Assembly (NCBI GenBank): GCA_036867785.1
Contig: CP145418.1
Location: 1,240,001-1,304,000, forward strand
Direction: 5' to 3'
DNA: 64,000 bases
Source: Plasmodiophora brassicae
Taxonomy: Eukaryota
The notes beneath the pieces were generated by a model. The model was not told where the DNA came from, ran no database searches, and was given only the letters and a program-made list of their open reading frames with translations. The translations under genes and the position numbers were made by a program. This document shows positions 24,167-35,756 of the stretch, one piece after another; position 1 is the stretch's first letter, and each line of letters starts with the position of its first letter.

Positions 24167-26602
24167 ATGCCGCCGCAGCAACGAACGCGATTGCTGAACT
24201 TCATCGACGAGGCGTACGTCGATGCGATCACCGAGCGCTGGGCGACGGCGATTCTGTCCCAGATCGACTGTGCGGAACCGCCGGCGTGCCTGATCAGCAA
24301 GAAGCCGATCGTGGACGCCGCCACTGGTCGCGTCGCCGATGACGTCGTCGCGATCGTCGAGGAGCGCGACGGTCTATGCCATGCGTTCATGTTCAAGCAG
24401 CGCCACCTGGAGGAGTGGTTCCTGGCCCGGTTTGGTCGGTTGAACCCGGCGACGAACCGACCGGTCGACGACGCGTACTCGTGCCTGATCCCGTTGTCCC
24501 TTTCGCTGTACCGACTCGACAACGCCCTACACGACTACCTGGCGGAACGGGGCGACGATGCCTTGTCCGAGGACGACCTGCCCGTCTGCGTTCGCGACCT
24601 GCTGACGGCGGGCGCCTGCGTCGACGTCGTCCGCTCTGCACACGACCGCCCGCGCCTGTACCCGCTCGTCATCGCCGCCTGCCGGGGCAACATCGCGGTC
24701 GTCCGGTGCCTCGTCGAGACGTTCTCGGCCACTGTCAACGCCATTGACGACACGGGCTTCTCCGTCCTCGAGCACGCCGCCCTTCTGGGCCATGCCGCCG
24801 TCGTCCGGTACCTGATCGAGCACGGCGCCGTCGTCCAGGCTGACTACGAGGACTGCGAACGCGGCGTCAACGCGCTGCGAATGGCCGCCCTGGGCGGCCA
24901 TTTGTCCCTGGTCGTCGACCTGATCGACGAGTTCAACGCCGACATCGACTTCCACGTCCCGTACGTGGTGTCGTCCGCCCTGGCCGGTGCCGCTCACGGC
25001 CACCTCGACATCGTACAGGAGCTCGTCCGGCGCGGCGCCAAGGTCGACATCAAGCAGGTCGAGAACCCGCTGGTGATCGCCGCCTTCGAGGGCCATCTGG
25101 ACATCGTCCAGTACCTGGTCGTGGAGGCGCGCGCCCAGGTCGACTTCGCCGATGCCGACGGATTTACGCCGCTGACGGCCGCATCGGCCGGAGGTCACCT
25201 CGACGTCGTCGAGTTCCTGCTTGCTAGCGGCGCCCAGGTCGACCTGGGCGATGGACCGCAGCCGCTGATCCAGGCGGCGTACTTCGGGCACCTCGACGTC
25301 GTACGCCTGTTCGTCGAACGCGATCGCACGTCGATCAACAGCTCCGCCTCGGTTCGAGACGCGTGCGCGCTGGCGTCGGGCGCTCACAAGGACCATCTCG
25401 ATGTTTTCGAGGACGAGATGTGTTACTTCGAAGAGTGCTGTCCCGTTCTCGACTTCGAGGCCGCCGGAAACGGGGGCGCTAGAATCATCCGGTACAGTGT
25501 CAGGCGCGGCGCCGCCCGCCACATCTACTTCGCGTCGGCCGGGTGCAAATCGGCCGCGTTGGCGGCCGCTGTCGCACGTGGCCATCTCGACGTCGTCCAG
25601 TGGCTGATCGGGCACGGCGCCGATGTCAACCCCGGTCACGGCGCTGTGCCCATGGTCGAAGCGGCCGCGAACGGCCACGTCGACGTTGTCCGGATCCTCC
25701 TGGACAAAGGTGCCCGGCTCGACCGGTGCAAACGCGGCTCCTACTGCCCGTTGTCCGTGGCCGCCAGGGCCGGCCACGCCAACGTCGTCGAGCTGCTGTG
25801 TTCGCGTGGCGCCTCGGTGTACGCGGCCGCCGGCAACGTGTCGTGCTCGGTCGCGATTAACGAGGCGGCGGAGCGCGGCCATGTCGACGTCGTCGGGATC
25901 CTCCTGGACAACGGTGGCCAGCTCGACCGGTCGAACTGCGTCGCCTACTGCCCGTTGATCGTGGCCGCCAAGGCCGGCCACGCCAACGTCGTCGAACTGT
26001 TGTGCCTGCGCCGCGCCTCGATGTACGCGACCGCGGGCAACGTGCTGTGCTGGGTCGCGATGCAGCAGGCTGTGGAGCGCGGCCATGTCGACGTCGTCGG
26101 CGCCCTGCTCCGGTTGCCGAACCTGGACGTGAACGCGCGCAGCGACACGTTCCCGCTGACGATGATCCAGATGGCCTGCACCAGTTCGTCGCCTGATTCG
26201 GTCGCCATCTGCCGTCTGCTGCTCGACGCAGGCGCCGACGTCAACGCGACCGGCAGCATCAAGGCGGTGCCCGCGCCGCTCCTGATCGCCGCCAGTACCG
26301 GATCGCTCGATCTCGTCGAACTGCTCGTCGGCGCCGGTGCCGATCTGCTCGTCAAGAACGCCGAGCGACAGACGGCGCTGATGATCGCCGCTAGCAAGGG
26401 CCGTGCCGACCTGGTCAGCTACCTGCTCGGCCGTCTCCTGGCCGACAGGCGCATCCCGGCCAGGCGCGTCGCGCGTCAGCTCGCCAAGGCCAAGGTCGCT
26501 GCCGTCGACGGCGACCACGTTGCCGTGATCGGCGACATTGTCGAGAAGAGTGAGTCGTTCGCGACAGGAAGACGGCCGACGTCGTCCTGCGCCATACAGT
26601 AG
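24167..26602 (+). CDS. Ankyrin-repeat protein with N-terminal U-box-like domain, copy 2
   Basis: Intronless 811 aa, close paralog of copy 1 with an extra 204-bp (68-aa) unit. Confidence 0.9.
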   Translation: MPPQQRTRLLNFIDEAYVDAITERWATAILSQIDCAEPPACLISKKPIVDAATGRVADDVVAIVEERDGLCHAFMFKQRHLEEWFLARFGRLNPATNRPVDDAYSCLIPLSLSLYRLDNALHDYLAERGDDALSEDDLPVCVRDLLTAGACVDVVRSAHDRPRLYPLVIAACRGNIAVVRCLVETFSATVNAIDDTGFSVLEHAALLGHAAVVRYLIEHGAVVQADYEDCERGVNALRMAALGGHLSLVVDLIDEFNADIDFHVPYVVSSALAGAAHGHLDIVQELVRRGAKVDIKQVENPLVIAAFEGHLDIVQYLVVEARAQVDFADADGFTPLTAASAGGHLDVVEFLLASGAQVDLGDGPQPLIQAAYFGHLDVVRLFVERDRTSINSSASVRDACALASGAHKDHLDVFEDEMCYFEECCPVLDFEAAGNGGARIIRYSVRRGAARHIYFASAGCKSAALAAAVARGHLDVVQWLIGHGADVNPGHGAVPMVEAAANGHVDVVRILLDKGARLDRCKRGSYCPLSVAARAGHANVVELLCSRGASVYAAAGNVSCSVAINEAAERGHVDVVGILLDNGGQLDRSNCVAYCPLIVAAKAGHANVVELLCLRRASMYATAGNVLCWVAMQQAVERGHVDVVGALLRLPNLDVNARSDTFPLTMIQMACTSSSPDSVAICRLLLDAGADVNATGSIKAVPAPLLIAASTGSLDLVELLVGAGADLLVKNAERQTALMIAASKGRADLVSYLLGRLLADRRIPARRVARQLAKAKVAAVDGDHVAVIGDIVEKSESFATGRRPTSSCAIQ

Positions 26603-26889
26603 CAATGCGTTTCCATAAGCTTTTCAGAGCAGTGTTAGAACGAACGCGCAGGCACCGATGGCCTCCTGCCGATCCTGCCGTCAATGCCGTGTGGCGGTCG
26701 TCGGCAATGACGAAATCGGACCAAGCACGGCGGCTGACGTCGGCCAGAGAACCTATCGGCGGATGCATTGGACATCTGGAGCGCGATGCGCCCAGACGCC
26801 GTGTTTGCTTTGGTCGTCGCTGCGACACCCGCAGCACGTATCATCACCCACACCGTTGTCGGACGTCTTAGCGCGCTATTGTAGTAATA

Positions 26890-27807
26890 TTAGACAGGCC
26901 GATCGGCATCGTCGGTCATGGACGTCGTCTCCCTGGCGGCAGCAGCACCGGCGCACGGCCAGCTGGCGGCTGCCCGTCGTTTCGCCATCTGCCGTTTGCA
27001 CATGGCGCAGCAGCAGGCTTCCCGACAGGCCGGGCAAATCCAGTCGTCCTGCGCCGACGCCCAGCGCTGCCTGTTGGACGCGGCCCCTCCATAGAACCGA
27101 TCCAGACACGGGCTGTATGGCACACACACACGTACAGGTCAGTCCAATGTCGCAGGCAGCGCCACACGTGGCTGGCTCCCTCCTTACAAGCAGTATTTCT
27201 TCTTGCAGACGCGTCGCTGCCCGCTGATATCATCCGACCACTGGCACTGGATCAGGTCGGTGAAGTCGCGCCGGCTCTTGCATTGGTGACAGGACGTGCC
27301 GACCGCAGCGGCCATGGGCGATGCGGCGAAATCGTGTGGCGGCATCGTCATCTGCGCCAGGACAGGCCGCCGCTCGCTGCTGGTCGTGTCGCACGGCGCC
27401 AGCATCGTGTCCATGAAGTCCAGCTCGGCGCTAGGGTCCGCGATGGTTTCCGACCCGGCCTGGAAGATCTCGAGGATCGCAGGTGGCAACTGGGGGCTGC
27501 GTGGACTACGAACCAGACGGTCCTGGTCGCTGAACGTCGTCGTCGGGATCGCCAACGGTGCCAAGCCCGCTGGTCGACGCATGCCCGGCGTCGAGGCGCG
27601 CTGCCGTTTCCTGTTGCTCAGGACGGCGTCGATGTTCGGGTCCAGAAACGTGGACGGTGCTGGGCCCCAGCTGCCGGGTCGGCACGCGGGTTGCTGCGTC
27701 GGGACCGATAGGGGCGCGGTGCTCACATGCATCTGCTGGCACACCAGCTGGGCACGCTGAGCCGCGAATTCGATCCGCTTCTGTAGGTCGACCAACGCAG
27801 CCGACAT
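26890..27807 (-). CDS. zf-4CXXC_R1 (CDCA7-like) zinc-finger protein
   Basis: TSCHQCK...C...CKKKYC (intron) PCLDRFYG...WICPACREACCCAMCKR. Confidence 0.85.
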
Positions 27808-28420
27808 CGCCCGGGGCGAACGAAACGACGTGACCTTGCCGGGCGCGTGGAACGCTCGTCAAGGACTCGAGGGACGGGCGGCGCAGGAGCCCCAGCACGC
27901 CGTCGTGCCAAATATCTCCCTGTGACAGCTGCACCAAGGCGACGGAACCCCCTGTGCCACAGACCTGCCCAGCGCATCCCCGGACCAAGTCAGACATCGT
28001 TCCACGAGACATCGATCCTCGACGGAGGGCGGGGCCCCCGTCCCCTTGGAACATCAAGCGGTGCGCTCTTCGACGCCCGTCGTCCACCATTCGGCAGACA
28101 GGACGAGCGTAAACCAAATTACATCCATGGCTGGCGCGTGTTCCGGCGCCGGTGTTGCCCAGGATCGGGTGCCGCCCGCCAGGGGCTGAGGGGGGTGCAC
28201 AACGGACTCTGCCCGGGCAGTCGCAGCAGCTGGACGGGCCGCGGAGTGCGCCTGCGGACTCCGCGGCCATTGTCTGTAGCAGACGACGAGTGGTGGCCGC
28301 TCGTTTCCGTCCGTCCCTGCCGTGTCTGCCAGTTCGGGTTCGTCGAGGACCGGGTGCCGACCCACACACACACACGCGCGCACACGTAGGCGAGCAACCT
28401 CGAACGCCGCACGCTCGATC

Positions 28421-31264
28421 ATGTCGCGTTTCTTCGCGACCCGCGCCTCCGATGACGAATCGGATTCGTCGTCGTCGTCGTCGGCGGCGGGCATGGGCGG
28501 GCAGATGCAGATGCGGGACCAGCAGCAGCAGTCCGCCATGCTGCTGTACGACTCGTCGTCGTCCGAGGAGGAGAAGCGCGTCGTCCGGAGCGCGCGCGAC
28601 AAGCAGTCCGAGGCGATGACCGCCACGATCCGCGCCCTGCGCAACTCGATGAAGATCGACGACTGGGCCAACGTGCTCAAGGCGTTCGAGGCCGCCAACC
28701 GCCTGATCGAGAAGGCGCGGCCCAAGACGCAGAAGGAGGGCATCCCGCGGCAGTACATCCGCATGCTGTGCGACCTGGAGGACGCCGTCAACGCCGCCGT
28801 GTCCGACCGCGACGCCCGCAAGCAGCTGTCGGGGCCGAACTCGCGCGCCGTCAACGTCCTCAAGCAGAAGATGCGGAAGCACAACCGCCAGTTCGAGGCG
28901 CTGATCAACGAGTACAGGGCGTCGCCGGACCAGGGCGGCGACCAGTTCGCGTCGTCGGCCAGCGTCGAGGAGACCGGGTCGTCGTCCGAGGACGCGTCCG
29001 AGGAGGAGCGCTCTGAAGGCGAGTCGGAGGGCGAACCGGGCAGCGACGACCAGGACGACGACAAGGCGTTCGACGACGACGACGACGAGTTCGACTTTGA
29101 GTCGGACGACGATGCGTCCGCGTCGTCCGCGTCGTCCGACTCGGACATCGACCTGTCGCACCCGGCCATGTCGCGCGCCTACTGGGTCAAGAAGACCAAG
29201 GACGACGAGGAGGAGATGACCAAGGAGGATCGGCGGCGCCTGCGCCAGAAGAAGGCGTCGACGACGGGCGGCACCAAGGCCAGCCGGGCGCTGGCGAAGG
29301 CGGGCGCCACCGCCGAGGCTGCCAAGGAGATCGAGTTCACGCCCGAGCTGATCCAGCAGAAGCTGATGCTGATCCAGTCGTCGCGCGGCAAGCGCGGCGC
29401 CGACCGGCACGCCGCCGTCAAGGAGCTCAAGGTGCTGGCGTCGAAGGCGTCGTCGGTGCCCGCCCTGATCAAGGTCAAGATCACGCTGCTGTCCGCCATG
29501 TTCGACATCAACTTCAACAGCGGGACGCACATGCAGGTGTCGCTCTGGCACCACGCCTGCGACACGCTGCTCGACATCCTCGACACGCTCGACGACAATC
29601 CGAACGTGCTCCTGATCGAGGACGCCGACGTCGACGAGACCGTGTTCGCCGTCGACGCCAACGACAAGGAGGCGGTGGCGCGCGCCGAATCCATCACCGC
29701 CATGCAGGCGTCGGCGACGGCCACGGCGCTGTCCGTTGTGGAGGCCGGCGGCGCCTTCATCCCCGAGGTGCGCCACAAGCGCGACGACGGCCTCGAGTAC
29801 GTCGCCGGCAACGTGTACTCGTTCGCGGCGCGCCTGTCGGACGAGTACGTGGCGTCGCTGCAGAACCTGGACCCGCACACGCAGGAGTACCTGGACCGGC
29901 TGGGCGACGAGCCCCGCCTGCTCCAGCTGCTGGGCAGGGCCCACGACTACTACGGGCGGGCGCGCGTCGGCGACCAGCACCGCCGGACGTGCACCGCTCT
30001 GCTCGCCCTGCTGCGCGTCGAGCTGCTGTACACCAAGTACGAGCCGGCCCTGGACGCGCACCGCGACGGCGGTGAGGGCGACGCCGTGCGTTCCCGGGCG
30101 CGCCTGATCGACGACGTCCTGCACGGCGACCCGCGCCTGCTCCTGCACCGCCTGTGCGCCCTCCTGTACGCGTACGGGGACGCGCGCGGCAAGGCCCGCG
30201 CCGTCCTGTGCACGGCGTACCACCACGCGATGCACGGCGAGTTCCATGCGGCCCGCGACCTGATCCTCATGTCGCACGTGCACGACACGATCGGGCAGGC
30301 GGACGTGTCGACGCAGATCCTGTACAACCGCGCCCTGGCCATGCTGTCCGTCTGCGCGTTCCGCCAGGGGCTGATGGGCGACGCCCTGTCGCTGATCGCC
30401 GACCTGTACGGGACGGGGCGCATCCGCGAGCTGTTGGCGCAGGGCACCGGGCAGACGCGCTGGGGCCAGGACCGCGACACCGAGCAGGAGAAGCTGGAGC
30501 GACGCCGGCAGATGCCGTACCACGTGCACCTGTCGCTGGACCTGCTCGAGTCCGTCCACCTGGTGTCGGCCATGATCCTCGAGGTGCCCAACCTGGCCGT
30601 GCACGCCGCCGACGACAAGCGCCACGTCATCTCGAAGAACTTCCGCCGCGTCTGGGACGCCTTCCACAAGAACGCGTTCAACGGGCCGCCCGAGAACACG
30701 CGCGACTACGTGATCGCCGCCGCCGTCGCCCTGTCCGACGGCGACTGGCGCGCCGCCTACGACCACCTGCTGCAGCTGAAGTGCTGGGCGCTGATCCCGC
30801 ACGCCGCCAAGGCGCAGGCGGTGCTGCGCGCCCAGGTCCAGGTGACCGGCCTGCAGACCTGGCTGCTGGCGTACGGCGCCCACTACGTCAGCCTGGACGC
30901 GCGCGCCCTGGCCGACCGGTTCGACCTCGCCGAGCGCGACGTGCGCGCCTGCGCCAGCCGCCTGATCGCCGCCGACCGCCTGGCCGGCGCCTGGGACGAG
31001 CCGGCCAACGCCATCGGCATGGCCGCCCCGATCCAGAACGACCTGCAGAGCGCGGCGCTCAAGTTCGCCGACATTGTCGGCATCCTCGTCGAGCAGAACG
31101 AACGCAGCCTGGAGCACCGCCACCAGCACGGCAAGGGCGGCGGCGGCGGCGGCGGTGGCGGGCCGTTCGCCGCCTCGTCGACGGGCGGCGCGCACCACCT
31201 GAAGCGGGCCGCCCCCGCTGGCAAACCGCAGCAGGGCGAGTTTGGCGCGTCGCGACGGTGGTGA
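28421..31264 (+). CDS. EIF3C: Eukaryotic translation initiation factor 3 subunit C
   Basis: MSRFF...acidic; KRVVRSARDK, IDDW, KQKMRKHN, SLQNLDPHTQEY, QILYNRA, RRQMPYHVHL, GPPENTRD; PCI-like C-terminus. Confidence 0.96.
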   Translation: MSRFFATRASDDESDSSSSSSAAGMGGQMQMRDQQQQSAMLLYDSSSSEEEKRVVRSARDKQSEAMTATIRALRNSMKIDDWANVLKAFEAANRLIEKARPKTQKEGIPRQYIRMLCDLEDAVNAAVSDRDARKQLSGPNSRAVNVLKQKMRKHNRQFEALINEYRASPDQGGDQFASSASVEETGSSSEDASEEERSEGESEGEPGSDDQDDDKAFDDDDDEFDFESDDDASASSASSDSDIDLSHPAMSRAYWVKKTKDDEEEMTKEDRRRLRQKKASTTGGTKASRALAKAGATAEAAKEIEFTPELIQQKLMLIQSSRGKRGADRHAAVKELKVLASKASSVPALIKVKITLLSAMFDINFNSGTHMQVSLWHHACDTLLDILDTLDDNPNVLLIEDADVDETVFAVDANDKEAVARAESITAMQASATATALSVVEAGGAFIPEVRHKRDDGLEYVAGNVYSFAARLSDEYVASLQNLDPHTQEYLDRLGDEPRLLQLLGRAHDYYGRARVGDQHRRTCTALLALLRVELLYTKYEPALDAHRDGGEGDAVRSRARLIDDVLHGDPRLLLHRLCALLYAYGDARGKARAVLCTAYHHAMHGEFHAARDLILMSHVHDTIGQADVSTQILYNRALAMLSVCAFRQGLMGDALSLIADLYGTGRIRELLAQGTGQTRWGQDRDTEQEKLERRRQMPYHVHLSLDLLESVHLVSAMILEVPNLAVHAADDKRHVISKNFRRVWDAFHKNAFNGPPENTRDYVIAAAVALSDGDWRAAYDHLLQLKCWALIPHAAKAQAVLRAQVQVTGLQTWLLAYGAHYVSLDARALADRFDLAERDVRACASRLIAADRLAGAWDEPANAIGMAAPIQNDLQSAALKFADIVGILVEQNERSLEHRHQHGKGGGGGGGGGPFAASSTGGAHHLKRAAPAGKPQQGEFGASRRW

Positions 31265-31420
31265 CGCCTGCGGTCCCCATGGCCCGCCCCTCCCCCAAAT
31301 ACAGTATTAGGATCCCTCTACGTACATCGAGTGGCCCTCCCCCGTCTCTCGTTCGTCGATGCCGACCCCAGACCCAGCGGTGCCCTGTATGGTGCGTGTG
31401 TGCGTGTGTGCGTGTCGGTG

Positions 31421-34005
31421 CTAGCGGGAGAATTGCAGGCCGAACCGCATGCGCATGCAGTCGTCCAGGTGCTGCTGGCGTTTCTCTTCGGCGGTCGCCA
31501 GCGACGCCGACGCTGCCGGGCTCTGCGGGTGCTTCCTGGTGGGCGACGACGGCGCGACGACGACGGGCACGGTGACGACGGCCTTGGCGGCAGGCGCGGC
31601 AACGGTGCGTCGGTGCGGTTGCGGATGCTGCTGGGACGGGTCGTTGTGGTCGGGTTCGCCGCCCAGGGACGACGGGACGCGCCGGCAGATGCAATCGGTG
31701 AGCGGGGACCACTGGCCGACCATGGCCTGGTACCGTCGCCAGTTGCCGGCGGGGAACACGCGCACGAACCCGCCCCGCCGGGCGTACTCGGCGTCCGTCT
31801 CCTGGTCGATGGCGCGCAGGTCGCCGGGTGCCAGCGTCCCCGATGCCAAGTCCAGGGATGGGCGCGCCGTGGACGCGTCGAACGCCACCTCGGGCACGAC
31901 GGCGACCGGTTGCTGCGCGCGCGCCGCCTGATGTACGCCGACGCGGGGCGCCGACGCCGGCCGCGTTAACGACGACGACGGCGGAGGCGGCGACGTCCGA
32001 GGCGCTGCTGACAACGATCGGGCCGATGACGGCCGCGTACGTCGCAGCGGGCGTGGCCGCTGCTGTCGGTGCTGCTGCTGTTCCTCGTCGTCGTCGCCGT
32101 CATCGTCGTCGTCGTGATCGGACGCCTCGCCGAAGTCGGCCGCGTTGACGGCCGGCGGCGTGACGTGCAGGACATGTGGATGATGATGATGATGCGGTGG
32201 AGGAGGACGACGGGGCCCGTTGGCGTGGTCCGGCGGCGGGGCGGCGGATGACGCGGAGCGGGCGCGACGATGGTGATGCTGGGGATGGCGGGCGCGCAGG
32301 TTGAGCATGTTGAACAGGTCGGCGATGACGCGCGACTTGACGTGCAGGTCGAGGCCGGTGTCGCAGCGCAGGCTCGGGTTCTGGTTCACCTCCAGCAGCC
32401 ACGGGCGCAGCTGGTCGTCGACGATGATGTCCAGGCCGAGCAGCTCGAAGCAGTTCAGGCGGGACGGGACGTGCGCCCCGACGGCCTTGCAGACGGGCGC
32501 CTCGACGGCCAGGACGGCGCGCACGACCAGGTCGTGGATACGATCCCAGAGCGCCGGCGTCGGGTCCGGACGCCCCGCCTGCTCGGCCTGGTCGCGCAGG
32601 TGACGACGCAGGCAGTCGAACGTCCACTTGTTGCCGACGTTGTCCCAGGTGACCTGTGCGGTCAGCGTCAGGGCGACCGGGGCACACACACACACAGAGA
32701 GCCACAGGCGGCGGCGCGCCTGCCCTCCACACTGACGTCGTCGGTGCAGAAGTAGTTCGGGCTCTGCGACTGGATCGACGAGTTCGTCAGGTGGATGAAC
32801 CGGTTCGTCAGCGACGCCGCCGACGTCGTGTACGGCTCCGTGGCGATGCGCACGATGCCCTGGTCGTGGACGTAGACCCGCAGCGGGTCCATCGACGTGA
32901 TCGCCGCATAGATCCTCCTACACCGACACGCGACGGTCGGCGAAGACGCGCACGGGCCGCATGGTGCGCAGCGGGCACCTACAGGTCGCACTTGCGCCCG
33001 TCGAGCAGCAACGGCGACGACACGTAACGGCTGACGACGACGTGCGACTGCGTCGGGATCTGTGTACACAACGACCTGCTCAATGTGCCGGCCGACGACG
33101 CCCGCCCGCCCGCGGCATCGTCGCGCGTACCTGGCGCCAGCGGTTCGTGACAAAGACGCCGCGCCCCTGGCGGCTGTCGAACGGCTTCACGATCCACAGG
33201 CCGTCGCCCTCCTGGCCGGACCGGACGAACGCCTGGAACAGGGCCTGCGGTGGCAGTGTCAGTCGCCGGGCTGAACGATGGGTCGGGAGCGCGCGACCCG
33301 CACCTCCTTGTCGTCGGGCAGGACGAACGATTCAGGAACGAGGGCGGCGTCGTCCGGCGCCCGCTGCTCGACGGCCCGCATGGACCGGCAGAGCAGGTCC
33401 TTGCGAGCCAGCAGGATCGTCCGCGGTATGCGATTGATGATCTGGTGGCGGGCCAGCGACGCGAACCGCCGGGCGGGGACCGGGCCGGTCACCCAGAGCA
33501 GGTCGAACGACGACGGCGTCCGTTTGGACGCGCGGGCCAGGCCGGCACCCTCCAGGACGGCGCGAACGACAGCGGGGCAGTGACGACCCGTCTGGTAGGT
33601 TAGCCCGGTCGGGAAGGCGGCCGCCCGGGACGCGCCGCGCCCGAAGTCGACCGGGCGCGCGTGAGCCGGGCCATTACGCGGGTTCCGCTTCGGCGGCGCG
33701 CTTCGACTCGGACCCGTCGCCCTCGACGCTGGTGGAGCAGGTGGGGGACCCAGCAGCAGCACCTGCTGTGTCACCGACCGCCGGTGCGACAGGTGGCCGG
33801 TGTTCGGGCGCGGCCGGGCGCTGTTGCTGCGCAGGCGACGTGCACTGGACACGCGCCTCGATGATGATGATGATGATGGCCTTGCTGCCGCTGTTGCTGC
33901 TGCTGCCGATAGCGATATCGGTGCATGGTTGGTCATGTAGACGGCCGACGTGCGCGTCCACTTCATGCCCGGCTCGATGGGATCCGTCGCCGTCGTCGGC
34001 GACAT
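31421..34005 (-). CDS. Tubulin-tyrosine ligase-like (polyglutamylase-type) protein (multi-exon)
   Basis: INRIPR..LARKD, PESFVLP, WIVKP, YVSSPLLLDGRKCDL, HLTNSSI, CFELLGLDIIVDDQLRPWLLEVNQNPSL. Confidence 0.9.
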
Positions 34006-34366
34006 GACGGCCTGACCCTTAGTCGAACATGAACGACAAGTATTGGTAGGGGGTACGCCCAACGCGATCCCGACCGCCCAATACCGGCACCGCCACTCAG
34101 GGATCGCCCCATCCAGTACAGCGACAGGCGATTTCAGTGTTGGGATCATTAGGTAGGGACTTGCGACAACGCAGAACGCTCGTCCTGGCGAACCAAATGG
34201 ACGCCTGCTTGGCGGGGTCCTGAGCGCCACTTTGACGACGAACGGGCGCTGACAATGTACGAGAGCACAGCATAGGCGCCGCCAGGGACAACGCAAGTGA
34301 CAACGGACGGACGCTGGTCCGGGCACGGCCCAGACGAACAGACGCAGCAGAAACACGGCGTCTATA

Positions 34367-35578
34367 TTACCGACGATCACTCCACACGCCTACCCCAGGC
34401 ACACCTGTCAGACACTGCCGCCAATCGCAAGGCAACGGGAACCCGAACGCTTCCTTGGGCGGTTGCCGCCTGGCACCGCGGACACGAACCGTCGAACGAA
34501 CGGGCGGAGCCTGCTGCGAGCCATCCCGAGGAGCGCTGTCTGGCCGGGGCGACCCGCCATGCTCGGGAGACGCTGGCGCTTCTTCAAACGTGGGCGTACA
34601 CGTAAGATGCAATGTGTGTGTGTGCGAACGAGCAAGACCGACCCGAACGAATGGGCGGCGCTGGGCACCCAGCCGGCAACGATGCCTTTCTAACGCCCTT
34701 CTCCAAGTGCTGCTGCAGATCGGCAATGTGCAGAATCATCTGACGTCGGGCAGCACACGTTGGCGATTTGGAATAGGCAATACGAACGGTGCCGCCGCCC
34801 GACCTGCTCTTCCGAAATGGCCTTGGCTTCCACGGCCTACACGACGCGTCAACCGGGCAACGATCAACTGACGAAGGGTTCGTAGGCAGGCCCGTACCCT
34901 GTCGTGGTACTCGTTGAGAGCCTTGAGCTCAGCGGTGAGGCGGGCGTTGCTCGCAGACAGCTTCTTACGTTCGGCCTGTCCGCAAACGGCACCCGCGTTC
35001 AGACGCGTATTGCCCGGGGCACAGGCCAATCCAACGGTACATGTTCGGCGTCGATAGTGGTCGCAGCGGCCATCAGTATCGATCGTATGGCGCTCGCACT
35101 GGCCTCGCCCTCCTCTTCCAGCGTCCACTTGCACAGACCTTGCTGAACACGGCCGTCGGTAATGGGGCGCATGGACAGGACACAGCAGGCGTCGTGTTAA
35201 ACCGACCTTCAGAAGGCCGACTTGGCTCTCAACGCTTCGCCACACAGTCAGCTGCCGAACGCCCCCATCAGCAGCGGGCAAACCGGACGCCCATCTTCGT
35301 ACCGTTGCCGGCCTGGATTCGACATCCAGCGCGTACGAGAACGCCCTATCATCGTACCGGCGCAGGGCCCTGACGACCGCACTGGCGAACGCGTCCATGT
35401 CGCCGTAGTCGTCAACGGCCCTGTCGTTCAGCGCCTGCAACGGCGTCGGCGACGACCGCCACACCAGCGCCCCATCCGTAACGTCCACCGACGTCACCCG
35501 CGTCCCTGGGTCGTACCTGAACGACAGCACGTAGGCGGCACCGCTAATCGACGTCAACGCCGTCAGCGACTGCACCAT
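34367..35578 (-). CDS. XRCC4/XLF-family head plus coiled-coil protein (multi-exon; 3' end uncertain)
   Basis: VDVTDGALVW...DMDAFASAVVRAL...FSYALD head, then spliced helical stalk (SAIRSILMAA; KLSASNARLTAEL; AVEAKAISEEQ). Confidence 0.5.
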
Positions 35579-35756
35579 CGCCGCAGGACCCCTCTCGCTC
35601 GTCTCGCAGTCGGCACGCGACGCACGGCAAAAGGTCGCGATCCGACGATGCCGTGCCTGCCCTGGATCCGACCTGGCCGAACCTACATACCGACCTACGC
35701 CTCCGTGGCATTGCATACGGGCGGGTGCAGACCGGTGCCGTCGAACGAACGAAGCA

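Larger units (their letters stand above)
20676..26875. repeat. Tandem segmental duplication (~20676-23723 and ~24058-26875)
   Basis: Shared upstream ccggtcacggaaaagtgcgcgcccc...gttgacatcgc and shared downstream ...ccgttgtcggacgtcttagcgcg. Confidence 0.9.

Noticed and set aside
21002-26605. Long minus-strand ORFs (521 and 692 aa)
   Set aside because: Antisense shadows of the ankyrin genes
27506-31198. 1230-aa minus-strand ORF
   Set aside because: Antisense shadow of the GC3-rich eIF3c gene; no motifs
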